Positions 37,950 to 48,290 of a stretch of DNA of 64,000 bases are shown here, one piece after another. This DNA is from Candidatus Binatia bacterium. Its GTDB lineage: Bacteria; Desulfobacterota; Binatia; HRBIN30. Made by a program: the position numbers and the translations under genes. Position 1 is the stretch's first letter. Each line of letters opens with the position of its first letter. Under the pieces are notes generated by a model that saw only the letters and a list, made by a program, of their open reading frames with translations, made no database searches and was not told where the DNA came from. The stretch covers positions 64,001 through 128,000 of the forward strand of contig JBBRSP010000012.1 of NCBI GenBank assembly GCA_038245295.1, written 5' to 3'.

Positions 37950-39455
37950 TCACAGCTCTCCGGCTGCCCCCACTTCCTCCGGTTCGGTGGCCGTGGTGGC
38001 CGTCTCAACCCGCGGTCCGACAACCCAGGTATCCTTGCTGCCACCACCCTGCGACGAGTTCACGACCAGCGACCCTTTACGCAGCGCCACACGAGTCAAT
38101 CCTCCGGGCAAGACGTAGATATCGCGTCCATACAGCACGAAGGGCCGCAGATCGATGTGACGCCCTTCAAAGTGGTCGTCCACCAACACCGGTGCGCGCG
38201 ACAGACTCAGCGTTGGCTGCGCGATGTAGTTGCGCGGATCGGCGGTGACTCGCGCCGCAAATTCCTCGCGCTCCTTGGCCGTCGAGTGCGGGCCAACCAA
38301 CATGCCATAACCGCCGGATTCATTGGCGGCTTTGACGACAAGGTCCTCGAGGTGCTCCAGCACGTACGAACGATCCATCTCATCAGCGCAGACGTAGGTC
38401 GGAACATTGGGAAGGATGATGTCTTCATCCAGATAGTATTTCACCAGCTTCGGCACGTACGCGTAGACAACCTTGTCGTCGGCAACACCGGTGCCCGGTG
38501 CGTTGACGATGGCGATGCGACCGGCGCGATACACGCTCATCAAGCCAGGGACACCCAGCATCGAATCGGGACGGAATGTCTCCGGATCGATGAAATCGTC
38601 GTCGATGCGGCGGTAGAGCACGTCGACCCGACGCAAGCCCTTGGTGGTGCGCATGCAGACGTACCCGTCGGCAACCACGAGATCGCGACCTTCGACGAGC
38701 TCGACACCCATGTTTTGCGCCAGGAAGGAGTGTTCGAAGTACGCCGAGTTGTACATACCAGGCGTCAGCACGGCGACCGTTGGCACGGAGGCGGTGGGCG
38801 GCGCAACGTACTGCAGCATTTCCAGAAGGCGACTCGGGTAGTCGTCGACGGGGCGGACCTGGTACGCTTCGAATGCCTCCGGGAATGTGCGCTTCATGAT
38901 GTGCCGATTCTCCAGCACATAGGAAACGCCAGACGGACAACGCAGATTGTCTTCCAGCACGTAGATCGTTCCATCGCGATCACGCACCAGATCCGTGCCG
39001 GTAATGTGGCACCACACACCGCGCGGCGGATGCAATCCGACACACGCGGCACGAAAGGATTTCGCAGAGTTCAGAATCTCGGCGGGGATAATCCCGTCCT
39101 TTAGAACGTGTTGATCATGGTACAGATCGTCGATGAACATGTTCAGCGCGCGGACGCGTTGCTTCAACCCGCGCTCGATTCGATCCCAGTCCGCCGAGCT
39201 GACGATGCGCGGAACGATATCAAAGGGAAAAATCCGCTCCTGGCCACCCTCGTCGCCATACACCTTAAACGTAATACCCATCTGCAGCAGGAGCCGCTCG
39301 GCGGCTCGTTGCCGTGAGCGGAGCTCCTCCTCAGAGAACGACTCGAGGCGTTGGAAGAGAAGATCCGCATCAGCGCGCGGGCTGCCCGCCGGCGCTAGAA
39401 GCTCGTCGAAAAACTTGTCTTCATCGTAGGTGTAACGCCAACCGTGCTGCTCCAT
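37950..39455 (-). CDS. Circularly permuted ATP-grasp type 2 protein
   Basis: [52 protein letters not shown]. Confidence 0.95.
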   Translation of the reverse strand: MEQHGWRYTYDEDKFFDELLAPAGSPRADADLLFQRLESFSEEELRSRQRAAERLLLQMGITFKVYGDEGGQERIFPFDIVPRIVSSADWDRIERGLKQRVRALNMFIDDLYHDQHVLKDGIIPAEILNSAKSFRAACVGLHPPRGVWCHITGTDLVRDRDGTIYVLEDNLRCPSGVSYVLENRHIMKRTFPEAFEAYQVRPVDDYPSRLLEMLQYVAPPTASVPTVAVLTPGMYNSAYFEHSFLAQNMGVELVEGRDLVVADGYVCMRTTKGLRRVDVLYRRIDDDFIDPETFRPDSMLGVPGLMSVYRAGRIAIVNAPGTGVADDKVVYAYVPKLVKYYLDEDIILPNVPTYVCADEMDRSYVLEHLEDLVVKAANESGGYGMLVGPHSTAKEREEFAARVTADPRNYIAQPTLSLSRAPVLVDDHFEGRHIDLRPFVLYGRDIYVLPGGLTRVALRKGSLVVNSSQGGGSKDTWVVGPRVETATTATEPEEVGAAGEL

Positions 39456-39608
39456 GCGTAAAACCTCGAGGCGTTTCTACTGCACCGATCGTGCCCACAC
39501 GTCGAAGACACGAGCACGAACAGCAGAACGACCGCGCACCGATCGTTCACTGCCTAGTGCTTAATCAGGGGCTGCCTGCAAAGGCAGCAACGGTCATAAG
39601 GTCGGACG

Positions 39609-40766
39609 TTAGCCGGCGCGCATCAGGTCGGCGAAGTTACCGCGATAGAATGCGTCGAGCTCGGCCTCGCTGCGTCCCTGCAACGTGTCGCCAAAACGTT
39701 TTAACGGGTTACGTCCGCCCTCGACGTGCGGGTAGTCCGATGAGAACATGAAAATCTCAGGGCCGCAGGTGTCGATCAGCCGGCCGACGTTTTCGGTTGG
39801 ATAGGGCGTGATGCGCACCTGACGACGCACGTATTCGGTGGGCCTCAAACTCAGGCCGCGCATCCGACTTTCGGTACGTCCGAAGGTGTCGACGACGATC
39901 TCCAGACGCTCGAGCCAAGCCGGAACCCAAACCGCGCCGAGCTCGATGACACCCACCATCAAACGCGGGAACTTCTCCAGAACCTGATCGAAGATGAGCG
40001 CCGCGACGGCGATCTCGACCCACTGACTGACGGCCATGTACAACAAGCCGGTAAAATTCTCGCCGCCGCCGTGGAAATCCGTCTGCCCTTCGAAGCCGTT
40101 TTCCTCGAAGCCTTTGGCGATCTTACGCCGCGCCTCGTTCTCGACATGGAACAAGATCGGCACACCCGCTTCTTCAGCGAGAGCGTACATTGGGTGAAGC
40201 GATGGATGGGTGATCGAGTGCGAATCGACGGGCAACGGCGGAATCGTCAGCCCCTTGATACCGTTGTTGACGGCGAAACGCGCTTCCTCAATTGCCCGAT
40301 TGGCATCATCGAGCGGCACAAAGGTGACCGGCAAGAGACGCTTGTCGGCAGCGCAGAACTCCAGCATACCGCGGGTCAGAGCGCGTGTGGCGGCATACTT
40401 CGCCTCGATGTCCGAAGCTCGCTCGCACTGCCCTGGGGCGAACGTCGAGAACACCAGTTGCTGATGATAGCCGAGGAGGTCGAGCGCGCGGCGGCGATCC
40501 TCGGCATGAAACGCGCCGTACGCATCCCAGCTCTTGCGCGTCAGCAGCTCCGCTTCATGAGCCTGTCGTTGTTCCGTGTCGATGCCGGCGCGCGCGCGAC
40601 CGCGCTCAATCATCGCCTCGACGTGCCAACGTGTGCCCGTGCTGCCAAGAGAGAACGGCTTCACTCGATCGCGAAACTGAGGATCACAATACGAGGGAAG
40701 CCAGTCCGGCAGCTCCATGATGTGGGAGTCGGCGTCGAGATACGTGCGGCCTTCGGCGTATGGCAT
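39609..40766 (-). CDS. Amidohydrolase_2 family protein
   Basis: DADSHIME; LEKFPRL; ELGAVWVP; FSSDYPHVEG. Confidence 0.9.
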   Translation of the reverse strand: MPYAEGRTYLDADSHIMELPDWLPSYCDPQFRDRVKPFSLGSTGTRWHVEAMIERGRARAGIDTEQRQAHEAELLTRKSWDAYGAFHAEDRRRALDLLGYHQQLVFSTFAPGQCERASDIEAKYAATRALTRGMLEFCAADKRLLPVTFVPLDDANRAIEEARFAVNNGIKGLTIPPLPVDSHSITHPSLHPMYALAEEAGVPILFHVENEARRKIAKGFEENGFEGQTDFHGGGENFTGLLYMAVSQWVEIAVAALIFDQVLEKFPRLMVGVIELGAVWVPAWLERLEIVVDTFGRTESRMRGLSLRPTEYVRRQVRITPYPTENVGRLIDTCGPEIFMFSSDYPHVEGGRNPLKRFGDTLQGRSEAELDAFYRGNFADLMRAG

Positions 40767-40814
40767 ACCCCCAGGGTTACAGGGTTCCAGGGGCAAGTTG
40801 CAACAATCAACCGC

Positions 40815-41582
40815 TCAGAAGGTGTCGGGACGCAACATCGCGTCGCTGCCACCGTCGACGTAGAGAACGGTTCCGCAGCAGAAGGCTCCCTCTGGGCCGA
40901 GCAAAAACCCGATCGCCGCCGCGATCTGCTCGGGCTTGCCGAAGCTGCCAAGCGGGATGGGGAAACCGCGAATCGCGTCGCCATAACGCGGATCATCGAG
41001 ACCACGTTGGAGAAGCGGGGTTTGCACCGCCCCTGGCGCTACGGCGTTCAATCGAATCGCCGAGCCGGCCCATGCTTGCTGCGTCGCCTGCCGCCGCACC
41101 CAACGCGCCAGGGCAAGCTTGGACCCGGCGTAGACTTGCTGCCCGAACAGGGTCGACGCGAGGGCGCGAGCCTTGTCTTCGTCGTTCTCGAGACAAGCAT
41201 CGACCAGGGGTCCGTCCATTCCAGGAATCGTTGCAGAGTTCGAAGAGACGGCAACGGCCGCCGCGACGGCACCATGCGCCAAGGCCGGTTGCAGCCCACC
41301 GAGCAGCGCGACGGCACCGAAGTAGTTCACCGAAACAATCGCCGCGGCATCGTCGATGTGTGGGCCCAGGCCGGCACACGCCACCAACCCATCGAGCTTA
41401 CCGTCACACAGCGCCGACACGCCACGTACCGCCGCGGCGCGCCCCTCCACGGTGGAGAGATCGGCGTTCACCTCCGCACCGGCAACGTCAACGCCAACGA
41501 CGCGGCACCCGTCCGACTCCAGGTGAGCTCGCGTCGCCGCTCCGATTCCCGATGCACTGCCAGAAATCGCGATCGTACGCAT
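40815..41582 (-). CDS. SDR, 3-alpha-hydroxysteroid dehydrogenase-like
   Basis: SGSASGIG; VNYFG; YAGSK; NAVAPG; YVDGGSDA. Confidence 0.85.
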   Translation of the reverse strand: MRTIAISGSASGIGAATRAHLESDGCRVVGVDVAGAEVNADLSTVEGRAAAVRGVSALCDGKLDGLVACAGLGPHIDDAAAIVSVNYFGAVALLGGLQPALAHGAVAAAVAVSSNSATIPGMDGPLVDACLENDEDKARALASTLFGQQVYAGSKLALARWVRRQATQQAWAGSAIRLNAVAPGAVQTPLLQRGLDDPRYGDAIRGFPIPLGSFGKPEQIAAAIGFLLGPEGAFCCGTVLYVDGGSDAMLRPDTF

Positions 41583-41594
41583 GGTGTCCTCGAG

Positions 41595-43460
41595 TCAGTT
41601 GGCGTCCGTCCAGGGATACTTATCGAACGGGAAGTTGGCGCAGCCAGCCTTGGTATACTGATCGCCGGTAAATCCGCGGTTCCATTGCGCCAAGTCATGA
41701 TAGATCCGACACTTCTCCAGTTGCGAAGCTAGCCGCGAATCCTTGGCGATAGCGTCAATCAGGCCCGCACGGGTCACCGAATCGGCCGACATTCGCACAC
41801 CACCCCCGGCCGCCGTGTCCAAGACGACGAACTTCGGGGCTGTCGGCGCCGTCGGATCCCAGGCTTGCCACTCGGGTAGCTGGCCATCCTGTCCCTTGCC
41901 TGGCGAGCCGGTGCGCGCAAATTGCGCCCAGTACGACATCATCTGCTTCGACAGGGCGAGGCGTCCGGGCTCACTAGCGCTCGAAAACAAGATGTCGCCG
42001 GCACGTCCGAGATCGAAGTGTCCGAAGACGAACGGGATCTCAAGTCCGTGGCCGGCACCAACGAGGACCGATAGGTCTGCGCCCAGCAACGTAGGCTCTT
42101 CGTCCCAGTCGAAGCGATAGGCATAGACGCCCGGCCCCGCCGACGCGGCCATGGTTGTCGCCGGCTCATCGACGCCAGCGGCTTTCCACCACTTGGCCAT
42201 GTACTCGGCAGTAAGGTTGTACATGCGTTCGTCGCGGATGCGCGGCAGGATGCGCAACCCGATCAGGTGGCGCACCCACATCGGATCGGCCTGCATGAAC
42301 AACTTGTTCTCGTCGCGATTGGTGCCGAGAATCACTGGCACGCGGTTGTAACCGTCCGGGGCGGCAAACCGCGACAAGGCTTCCGCCTGCGGCAAGACCG
42401 TACCCTCACGGGTCAGCAGCGGCATGCGGATCATGCCGCTTTGATTCATCGGCGAATACGCCGACAGGACATCGAAGGCACTCTTGCCACGCAAGAGCTT
42501 TTCAATGTCGGCCGGGCGCATGGCTGCCAAGCGCGCCTTCGCCGCCGCTCGGTCGGCAGCGCCATCCTTCATCAAGAAGCGGAGCAGAGCTTCGTTCGAG
42601 CTGTTGGCCTCGCCAGGCGACGAATCATCGACGAGATTCTCGGCGGCAATTGCGTCGTTGAAAAAGAAGCCACCGCTTTCGACGATAGCGCGATGGAACA
42701 AACCTTTCGCTTGCGGCGCGAGGAGCAGAGAATAAACGTTGGTCCCGCCGGCCGATTCGCCGAAGATCGTCACATTGCCCGGATCGCCGCCAAACTCGGC
42801 GATATTGTCACGCACCCATTCCAAGCTCCGGACGAGGTCGAGGGTACCGAAGTTGCCGGATTGGTCGAGCTCCGTGCTGTCAGCATCGCGCAGGGACGCG
42901 TGACGAAACCAGCCGAAGGGTCCGAGTCGATAGTTGGCGCTGACGACGATGACGCGCTGGCTCGCGGCGAGGTTGCCGCCATTGTAGAAACCAGACTCGC
43001 CAATCGTATTGCCCCCACCGTGGATCCACAGCATCACAGGCAAGTGCTGTTGTTTCGGCGGCGCGCCGACGGCGAAGCGCGGCGACCAGATGTTGAGGAA
43101 AAGACAGTCTTCACTGCCAACCGGCGTTCCAGGCTTGGCGGTCGTGACACCGCCGAACTCACTGGCATACTGCACACACGGAGAGCCGAACGACAGCGAT
43201 TCGCGCACGCCAGTCCATGCTGTCGGTGACTGGGGGGCGCGCCAACGCAGCGCGCCGACGGGCGCTTTGGCATAGGGAATCCCAAGCCAGGCATCACTCT
43301 CATAGTCGGCGCGATAGCCTACAACGTCGCCGCTGGTCGTCGTGCGTTTGGTTGACGCTTCGGCTTGCGGCACTGCTTTGCGCTCGGGGCCACAGCCGCT
43401 CATCGCGGCAACCAACATGAGTGCGCTGGCGGCAGTTCGGATTGTTCCGGCTCTTGCCAT
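41595..43460 (-). CDS. Type-B carboxylesterase, probable lipoprotein
   Basis: LGIPYA; SEDCLFLN; WIHGGG; FGESAGG; HGLEIPFVFG; MSGC lipobox. Confidence 0.9.
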   Translation of the reverse strand: MARAGTIRTAASALMLVAAMSGCGPERKAVPQAEASTKRTTTSGDVVGYRADYESDAWLGIPYAKAPVGALRWRAPQSPTAWTGVRESLSFGSPCVQYASEFGGVTTAKPGTPVGSEDCLFLNIWSPRFAVGAPPKQQHLPVMLWIHGGGNTIGESGFYNGGNLAASQRVIVVSANYRLGPFGWFRHASLRDADSTELDQSGNFGTLDLVRSLEWVRDNIAEFGGDPGNVTIFGESAGGTNVYSLLLAPQAKGLFHRAIVESGGFFFNDAIAAENLVDDSSPGEANSSNEALLRFLMKDGAADRAAAKARLAAMRPADIEKLLRGKSAFDVLSAYSPMNQSGMIRMPLLTREGTVLPQAEALSRFAAPDGYNRVPVILGTNRDENKLFMQADPMWVRHLIGLRILPRIRDERMYNLTAEYMAKWWKAAGVDEPATTMAASAGPGVYAYRFDWDEEPTLLGADLSVLVGAGHGLEIPFVFGHFDLGRAGDILFSSASEPGRLALSKQMMSYWAQFARTGSPGKGQDGQLPEWQAWDPTAPTAPKFVVLDTAAGGGVRMSADSVTRAGLIDAIAKDSRLASQLEKCRIYHDLAQWNRGFTGDQYTKAGCANFPFDKYPWTDAN

Positions 43461-43555
43461 CGGCATTCTCCTTCCGATCAAGTGGACCCGGGCGAAAGAC
43501 CATATCCCCGACCGATGCACAACCAAGGCGGTTTCCACCCACGTGGGTTCGCCTT

Positions 43556-43951
43556 CTATGGCGTGATCTGCAATCCGAAGAAAACCTGTGCCACCGCCAG
43601 CAAGAGCCCCACACTCCCAAGCGCCACATGAATGTTGCGACGGTTCAGCGAACTCATCGATCGCGAGCACGCATATGCCGCCCCAAGCACCAGGACGAGG
43701 GCGCTACCAATACGCAGATGCATGCTCGCGGCGAGTTCCAGGTCTGGTCGGAGGGTCCAGACGGAAAGCAGTCCGAAGATCCACGATACAAGGTTGAACC
43801 CGAAGGCAACCGGGGCGATGCGCCTGTGGCGTTGCAGGAGTTCGGCCTTACCGCGCCGCACATTGCGTGAGCGCAGCCCCAGGGAGCCCGCATAAAACAA
43901 CAGGGCGACCGTCGCGGCACCGACGATGGGATGGAGATAACTGAGCGGCAT
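43556..43951 (-). CDS. DUF4079-like 4-TM membrane protein
   Basis: Four hydrophobic helices with spaced His residues. Confidence 0.6.
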   Translation of the reverse strand: MPLSYLHPIVGAATVALLFYAGSLGLRSRNVRRGKAELLQRHRRIAPVAFGFNLVSWIFGLLSVWTLRPDLELAASMHLRIGSALVLVLGAAYACSRSMSSLNRRNIHVALGSVGLLLAVAQVFFGLQITP

Positions 43952-45187
43952 TCAGCGACGCTCGGGATACTCGAAGAGGACTTTCACCGCCGCACTCTTG
44001 CCTTGATCGAAGCAGGTGAGGAAGGCGGCACGATAGTCGTCAAGTGCGAAGCGATGCGTGAGGATTGGGGTCACGTCGATACGATGCGTGCGGATGAATT
44101 CGAAATACCACTCCATCGCGTGCTGTCGCCGGCCTTGCCACTCTTCTACGCCAAAGGCATTCGAGCCGATCAAGGAAATCTCTTTGAAGTAGAGAGGCGT
44201 CCACTCGAAGCGTTTGGGCTTCTCGACACCGGTGACGACAATCTTGCCGCGGCTGCGCGTGACCCGCACGCCCACCTCGATAGACTCCGGCGACCCGACC
44301 GAATCGTAGACGACGTCAACGCCACCGTTCAGCATGGGGCGACCGTACCAGGGTTTGAGAAGCGGCGACTTGGTGAGCTCGCTAACGCGTTGCAGGATCT
44401 GTTCGACGGGCCGCCAGGAAAATACTTCCGCCGCGCCGAACTGTCGTGCCAGCTTTTCCTGATGCGCAAAGCGCGCCACCGCAAACACCCGCACCTGCGG
44501 GAATAACGCGCGCAGGATGGCGATGTTGAGGAGCCCGAGTGTACCGCAGCCATAGACGATGACCGTGCCGGTCGGCGGCGGCGGACTCAGCAATGTTGCG
44601 TGCAGCGAAACGGAAAATGGATCGGCGAGCACCGCTTGTTCGAAGGTGACCTCGTCAGGAATCGGAATACATTGCGCCGCATGAGCCGGCACCATATTGG
44701 CAAAGCCGCCGGTCGCGTCGCTGCTGTTGCCGTGATGAATGCCGGGTGCGATTGCGCCGGCGGTGAAGTTCTCGCATTGGGCGAGATCGCCGCGCTTGCA
44801 CCATTCACACACGGGGTCGATGCCGCGTGGCACGCAGGACAACCAAGGATTCAACACGACCCTTTGGCCACGCCGCGCGCCGGGCACGCCGTCGCCGACC
44901 GCGTCGATGTAGCCGACAACCTCGTGGCCGAGCACCTGGGGGAAGGAAATCAGTGCCGTCATCGGGTTGTCGAAACTGCCGTTGAGGAAGACCTGCTTGT
45001 AATCGCTGCCGCAGAGACCGCACAGCGAGGTCCGGATCGTCACCCAGCCGGGTCGCGGGAAAGGATCGGGTATTTCACGCAAGGAGATTGGCGCCAGGGC
45101 GCTTACGTAGGCACCGGGCCACACGGTCGCGAGCATCTTGGTCGCCACGGTACGGGCCATGTCGTTTTCGAAGACGAGAGCCTTCAT
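43952..45187 (-). CDS. Zn-dependent medium-chain alcohol dehydrogenase
   Basis: GLCGSD; LGHEVVG; C..CEWC..C; GCGTLG. Confidence 0.9.
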   Translation of the reverse strand: MKALVFENDMARTVATKMLATVWPGAYVSALAPISLREIPDPFPRPGWVTIRTSLCGLCGSDYKQVFLNGSFDNPMTALISFPQVLGHEVVGYIDAVGDGVPGARRGQRVVLNPWLSCVPRGIDPVCEWCKRGDLAQCENFTAGAIAPGIHHGNSSDATGGFANMVPAHAAQCIPIPDEVTFEQAVLADPFSVSLHATLLSPPPPTGTVIVYGCGTLGLLNIAILRALFPQVRVFAVARFAHQEKLARQFGAAEVFSWRPVEQILQRVSELTKSPLLKPWYGRPMLNGGVDVVYDSVGSPESIEVGVRVTRSRGKIVVTGVEKPKRFEWTPLYFKEISLIGSNAFGVEEWQGRRQHAMEWYFEFIRTHRIDVTPILTHRFALDDYRAAFLTCFDQGKSAAVKVLFEYPERR

Positions 45188-45256
45188 TGGTTTCTCGGGC
45201 CCATATCACGAGGCTAGCGCAAAAGGTAAGCCTCCGTCTCCCTTAGGCTCAGAGTT

Positions 45257-46450
45257 TCAACCGAGAGCGGCAACCGCGCGGCGCAGGATGACCGTGGCAC
45301 GATCGATCTCGGCCTCGCTGATCACCAGGGGCGGCGCAAGGCGCACGACCGTGTCGCGATGCAGCGTCCAGTTGAGGATCAGCCCTTCCTCATAGCAGCG
45401 CGCGGAAAAGCGTCGCGTTTGTTCTGGTGTTTCAAATTCGATCGCCATGAGCAGCCCACGGCCGCGGACCTCGCGTACGGGTTTGCCGAGCTCGCGACGC
45501 AGACGATCGAGCCAGGCTGCACCAACTTGCGCCGCGCGCGCCGGAAGGTCTTCCGCAAGCAACACATTGAGCCCGGCGAGACCAGCGGCACAACACACCG
45601 GATGACCGCCGAAGGTCGTAACATGCGCCAGGGGTGGATCATGAGACAGCGTCGCCATCACCGAGGAAGTTCCGATGAACGCGCCGAGCGGCATCCCTCC
45701 ACCAAGAGCTTTCGCCAGCACCAGGAGATCAGGAACAACTCCCCAATGCTGGCTTGCAAAGATCTTCCCTGTGCGCCCAAATCCGGTGATCACTTCATCA
45801 TGGATCAGCAGAGCACCGACGGCCGAGCAGCGCCGCCGCAGCGCCGCGTGAAACGTCGGCGACGGAGTACGCACTCCGCCCTCTCCCTGAATGGGCTCGA
45901 TGATGACGGCGGCCACCCCCTCGTCAATCCGCGCCAGGGCTGTCTCGTCATCGAACGGCAAGAACTCCACGCCCGGCAACAGCGGTTCGAACGGTTCGCG
46001 GTAGATTGGGTTTCCGCCTACAGAGAGTGCGCCAAAGGTGTCCCCGTGAAACGAACCCTCGAAGGCGACCAGGCGCGTTCGTCCTGTCGACTTGCGCGCG
46101 GTTTTCAGCGCTCCCTCGACGGCCTCGGCGCCACTATTGGTGAAGTACACCACCGACAGGTCGCCCGGCGCGATCTCGGCAAGGCGGCCGGCGAGAGAAA
46201 CCTGCGGCGCTTGGATCATCTCTCCGTAGACGGAGACGTGCAGATATCTGCTTGCCTGGTCCTGAATCGCGGCCACGACGCGGGGATGTGCATGACCGAG
46301 GTTGGCAACGCCCATCCCTGCCAGCAAATCGATATACTCCCGCCCACTCGCATCGCGAATGATGCATCCACTCGCTTCGGCAACAATGAGACCGAGTGGC
46401 CCGTCAGATGTCTGGCAAACATGGCGTAAAAAGGTCGACCGCAAATCCAT
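45257..46450 (-). CDS. Class III PLP aminotransferase (ArgD-like)
   Basis: NSGAEAVE; FHGDT; EPIQGEGG; DEVITGFGRTG; AKALGGG; TTFGGHP. Confidence 0.9.
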   Translation of the reverse strand: MDLRSTFLRHVCQTSDGPLGLIVAEASGCIIRDASGREYIDLLAGMGVANLGHAHPRVVAAIQDQASRYLHVSVYGEMIQAPQVSLAGRLAEIAPGDLSVVYFTNSGAEAVEGALKTARKSTGRTRLVAFEGSFHGDTFGALSVGGNPIYREPFEPLLPGVEFLPFDDETALARIDEGVAAVIIEPIQGEGGVRTPSPTFHAALRRRCSAVGALLIHDEVITGFGRTGKIFASQHWGVVPDLLVLAKALGGGMPLGAFIGTSSVMATLSHDPPLAHVTTFGGHPVCCAAGLAGLNVLLAEDLPARAAQVGAAWLDRLRRELGKPVREVRGRGLLMAIEFETPEQTRRFSARCYEEGLILNWTLHRDTVVRLAPPLVISEAEIDRATVILRRAVAALG

Positions 46451-46483
46451 ATTCTCCCCTTAGCAGTCCGCTGAAACGGACTG

Positions 46484-47752
46484 TTAGCGCGACGGACGAT
46501 CAACGAGCCAGTCGGATACCCTACGGCGCCCGCCCTGATGCCATTCGAGGCCGGGCAATTGCATCGTACCCAAGGGGCAGATGCGCGGAACGCCGCTGTG
46601 GCGGAGGAGTCGCGTCATGGCTTCCGTTTGCCACTCATCCACGGCAAGACCGGCTGCCTCGAGCAAGCTGCGATGTGGTTGCAACACCTCGGGGAGAACC
46701 CGAAAGTCCGGCACCACTTTCAGGCGCACGGCGCGATACAGGCAAGTGGGCAGAAATGTCGCGTTGGGCTCAACGGTAATCGTCCAATCGGTTGTTCCCA
46801 GACTCTGCACCAACGAGGGCAGCCCGGGCGAGTGTTCGGCCCATTCCGCGTCTTGCCGAAACCGCTGAATCGCCGCGTGATCGGCAAATTCGCGATGGCG
46901 CGGCGGCAACTCACGCGCCCAATACGTTAGGCACTTCGCCAGTTCCTCGAGGAATATCTCGAGTGCCGAACGGTCACCGCCTTCCACGTAGCACAGCTGC
47001 GGTGAGAGGCAGCCGAGTTGATCCCAGAGCGACATATCGTATGCCAACGCATCGGCCGCGCGCAGACGCATCGACGCATCCCGGAGGGTGGGTGCATCGA
47101 TCACCGCAAAGCTGATCTTGTGCCCATGGCCGATGAATTTGCCGCGCACACGCGCCGCGATCTGAGCCAGCGCTGTGTCGGAGCCGAAGGCCGTAACCAC
47201 ATCGGGGCGCGAGAAGGCGACGGCTTCGATATCCTGCTCACCGCCACGCCAATCGGCGACCAGATGGGCCGCCGCCACTTCCGCGTCCACTCGCGCCAAG
47301 GACTCCGCAAATAGATGCGGGAACAATGGATCTCCGGCAGCCGGTTTGATGGCGATGGGGACACCGAGTGCGAGCGCCAGCACCGTGTTGCGCACGCCGA
47401 GCGCCGGCAGATTGCCAGACAAGACGTGCAGCAACATGTTCGGCAGACGATCAGCCGGCGGGCGCTCGCAGCGACCCAGCTCGGCATCGATGACGCCGGC
47501 GATCGCCTCGGCTCGCAGAGGGGCCAGCAGTAGAGGCAGCGCATGCCGCAGCATCGGTTGAGAGAAGCCCGTCGTGTGCGGCAGCTGCCGCAAGGCCTCG
47601 GTCATTTCCACCGAGTGGGCCTCCAGCCACGGCGTTACGGCGCGATCAAGGACGGCGAGTACGTCGGGCAATGAACGTCGGCGCAAGCGTTCGCCGGCGG
47701 TAGCCAGGACGGCAAGACGTTGATCCAAGATCTCCGGGGTCAGCGGTGACAC
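46484..47752 (-). CDS. LuxC-like acyl-CoA reductase
   Basis: HVLSGNLP; AFGSD; GHGHKISFAV; catalytic DQLGCLSPQ; start approximate. Confidence 0.8.
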   Translation of the reverse strand: MSPLTPEILDQRLAVLATAGERLRRRSLPDVLAVLDRAVTPWLEAHSVEMTEALRQLPHTTGFSQPMLRHALPLLLAPLRAEAIAGVIDAELGRCERPPADRLPNMLLHVLSGNLPALGVRNTVLALALGVPIAIKPAAGDPLFPHLFAESLARVDAEVAAAHLVADWRGGEQDIEAVAFSRPDVVTAFGSDTALAQIAARVRGKFIGHGHKISFAVIDAPTLRDASMRLRAADALAYDMSLWDQLGCLSPQLCYVEGGDRSALEIFLEELAKCLTYWARELPPRHREFADHAAIQRFRQDAEWAEHSPGLPSLVQSLGTTDWTITVEPNATFLPTCLYRAVRLKVVPDFRVLPEVLQPHRSLLEAAGLAVDEWQTEAMTRLLRHSGVPRICPLGTMQLPGLEWHQGGRRRVSDWLVDRPSR

Positions 47753-47834
47753 GAAGAGAGAGTATCCGCGGCCGCGGCCGGCCGCCAGTTCCACGGCTTC
47801 CCCCTGCACGGGTCTTTCACTAGAGTACCGGGTC

Positions 47835-48278
47835 ATGAGCTGGAACAATCGCGGACGTTTCGTCTCGCCGTCTGATGCCGAAGAACGACGGCAGCGCCAA
47901 CCCACCAATCTGGCCGAGAAGTACGACATCAGCGATTTCGATCTCTTCTGCGCCTACCATCTCGGCATCACCAAAGAAGGCACGTACCAGTTTCAGAACG
48001 TCCATCAGGTGGCCAAGCAGTTCGGCGTCAATGCCGCCATCATCAAGCAGCTCCTCGCCGATTTCGGCATCGATTCCGACACGATCATCCACAGCGACTT
48101 CGACCTCGCCGGGGCGCAAGTCGACATCATGCTGGCGCCACCGGGAGTCGATTTGTTCGACATTGGGCGTCAATACTATATGGCGTTTCGCAGCGCGCCG
48201 AAGCGCAACCGCAATTGGTTCAAAGAGCTCGAGGAAGCAGCACGCGACAACGAACGGATCTTTGGTCGTAAAGACTGA
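47835..48278 (+). CDS. Hypothetical protein, possible HTH-like segment
   Basis: Protein-like composition fitting exactly between luxE-like and luxC-like genes; NVHQVAKQFGVNAAIIKQLL. Confidence 0.7.
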   Translation: MSWNNRGRFVSPSDAEERRQRQPTNLAEKYDISDFDLFCAYHLGITKEGTYQFQNVHQVAKQFGVNAAIIKQLLADFGIDSDTIIHSDFDLAGAQVDIMLAPPGVDLFDIGRQYYMAFRSAPKRNRNWFKELEEAARDNERIFGRKD

Positions 48279-48290
48279 TCAATCCAAGCC

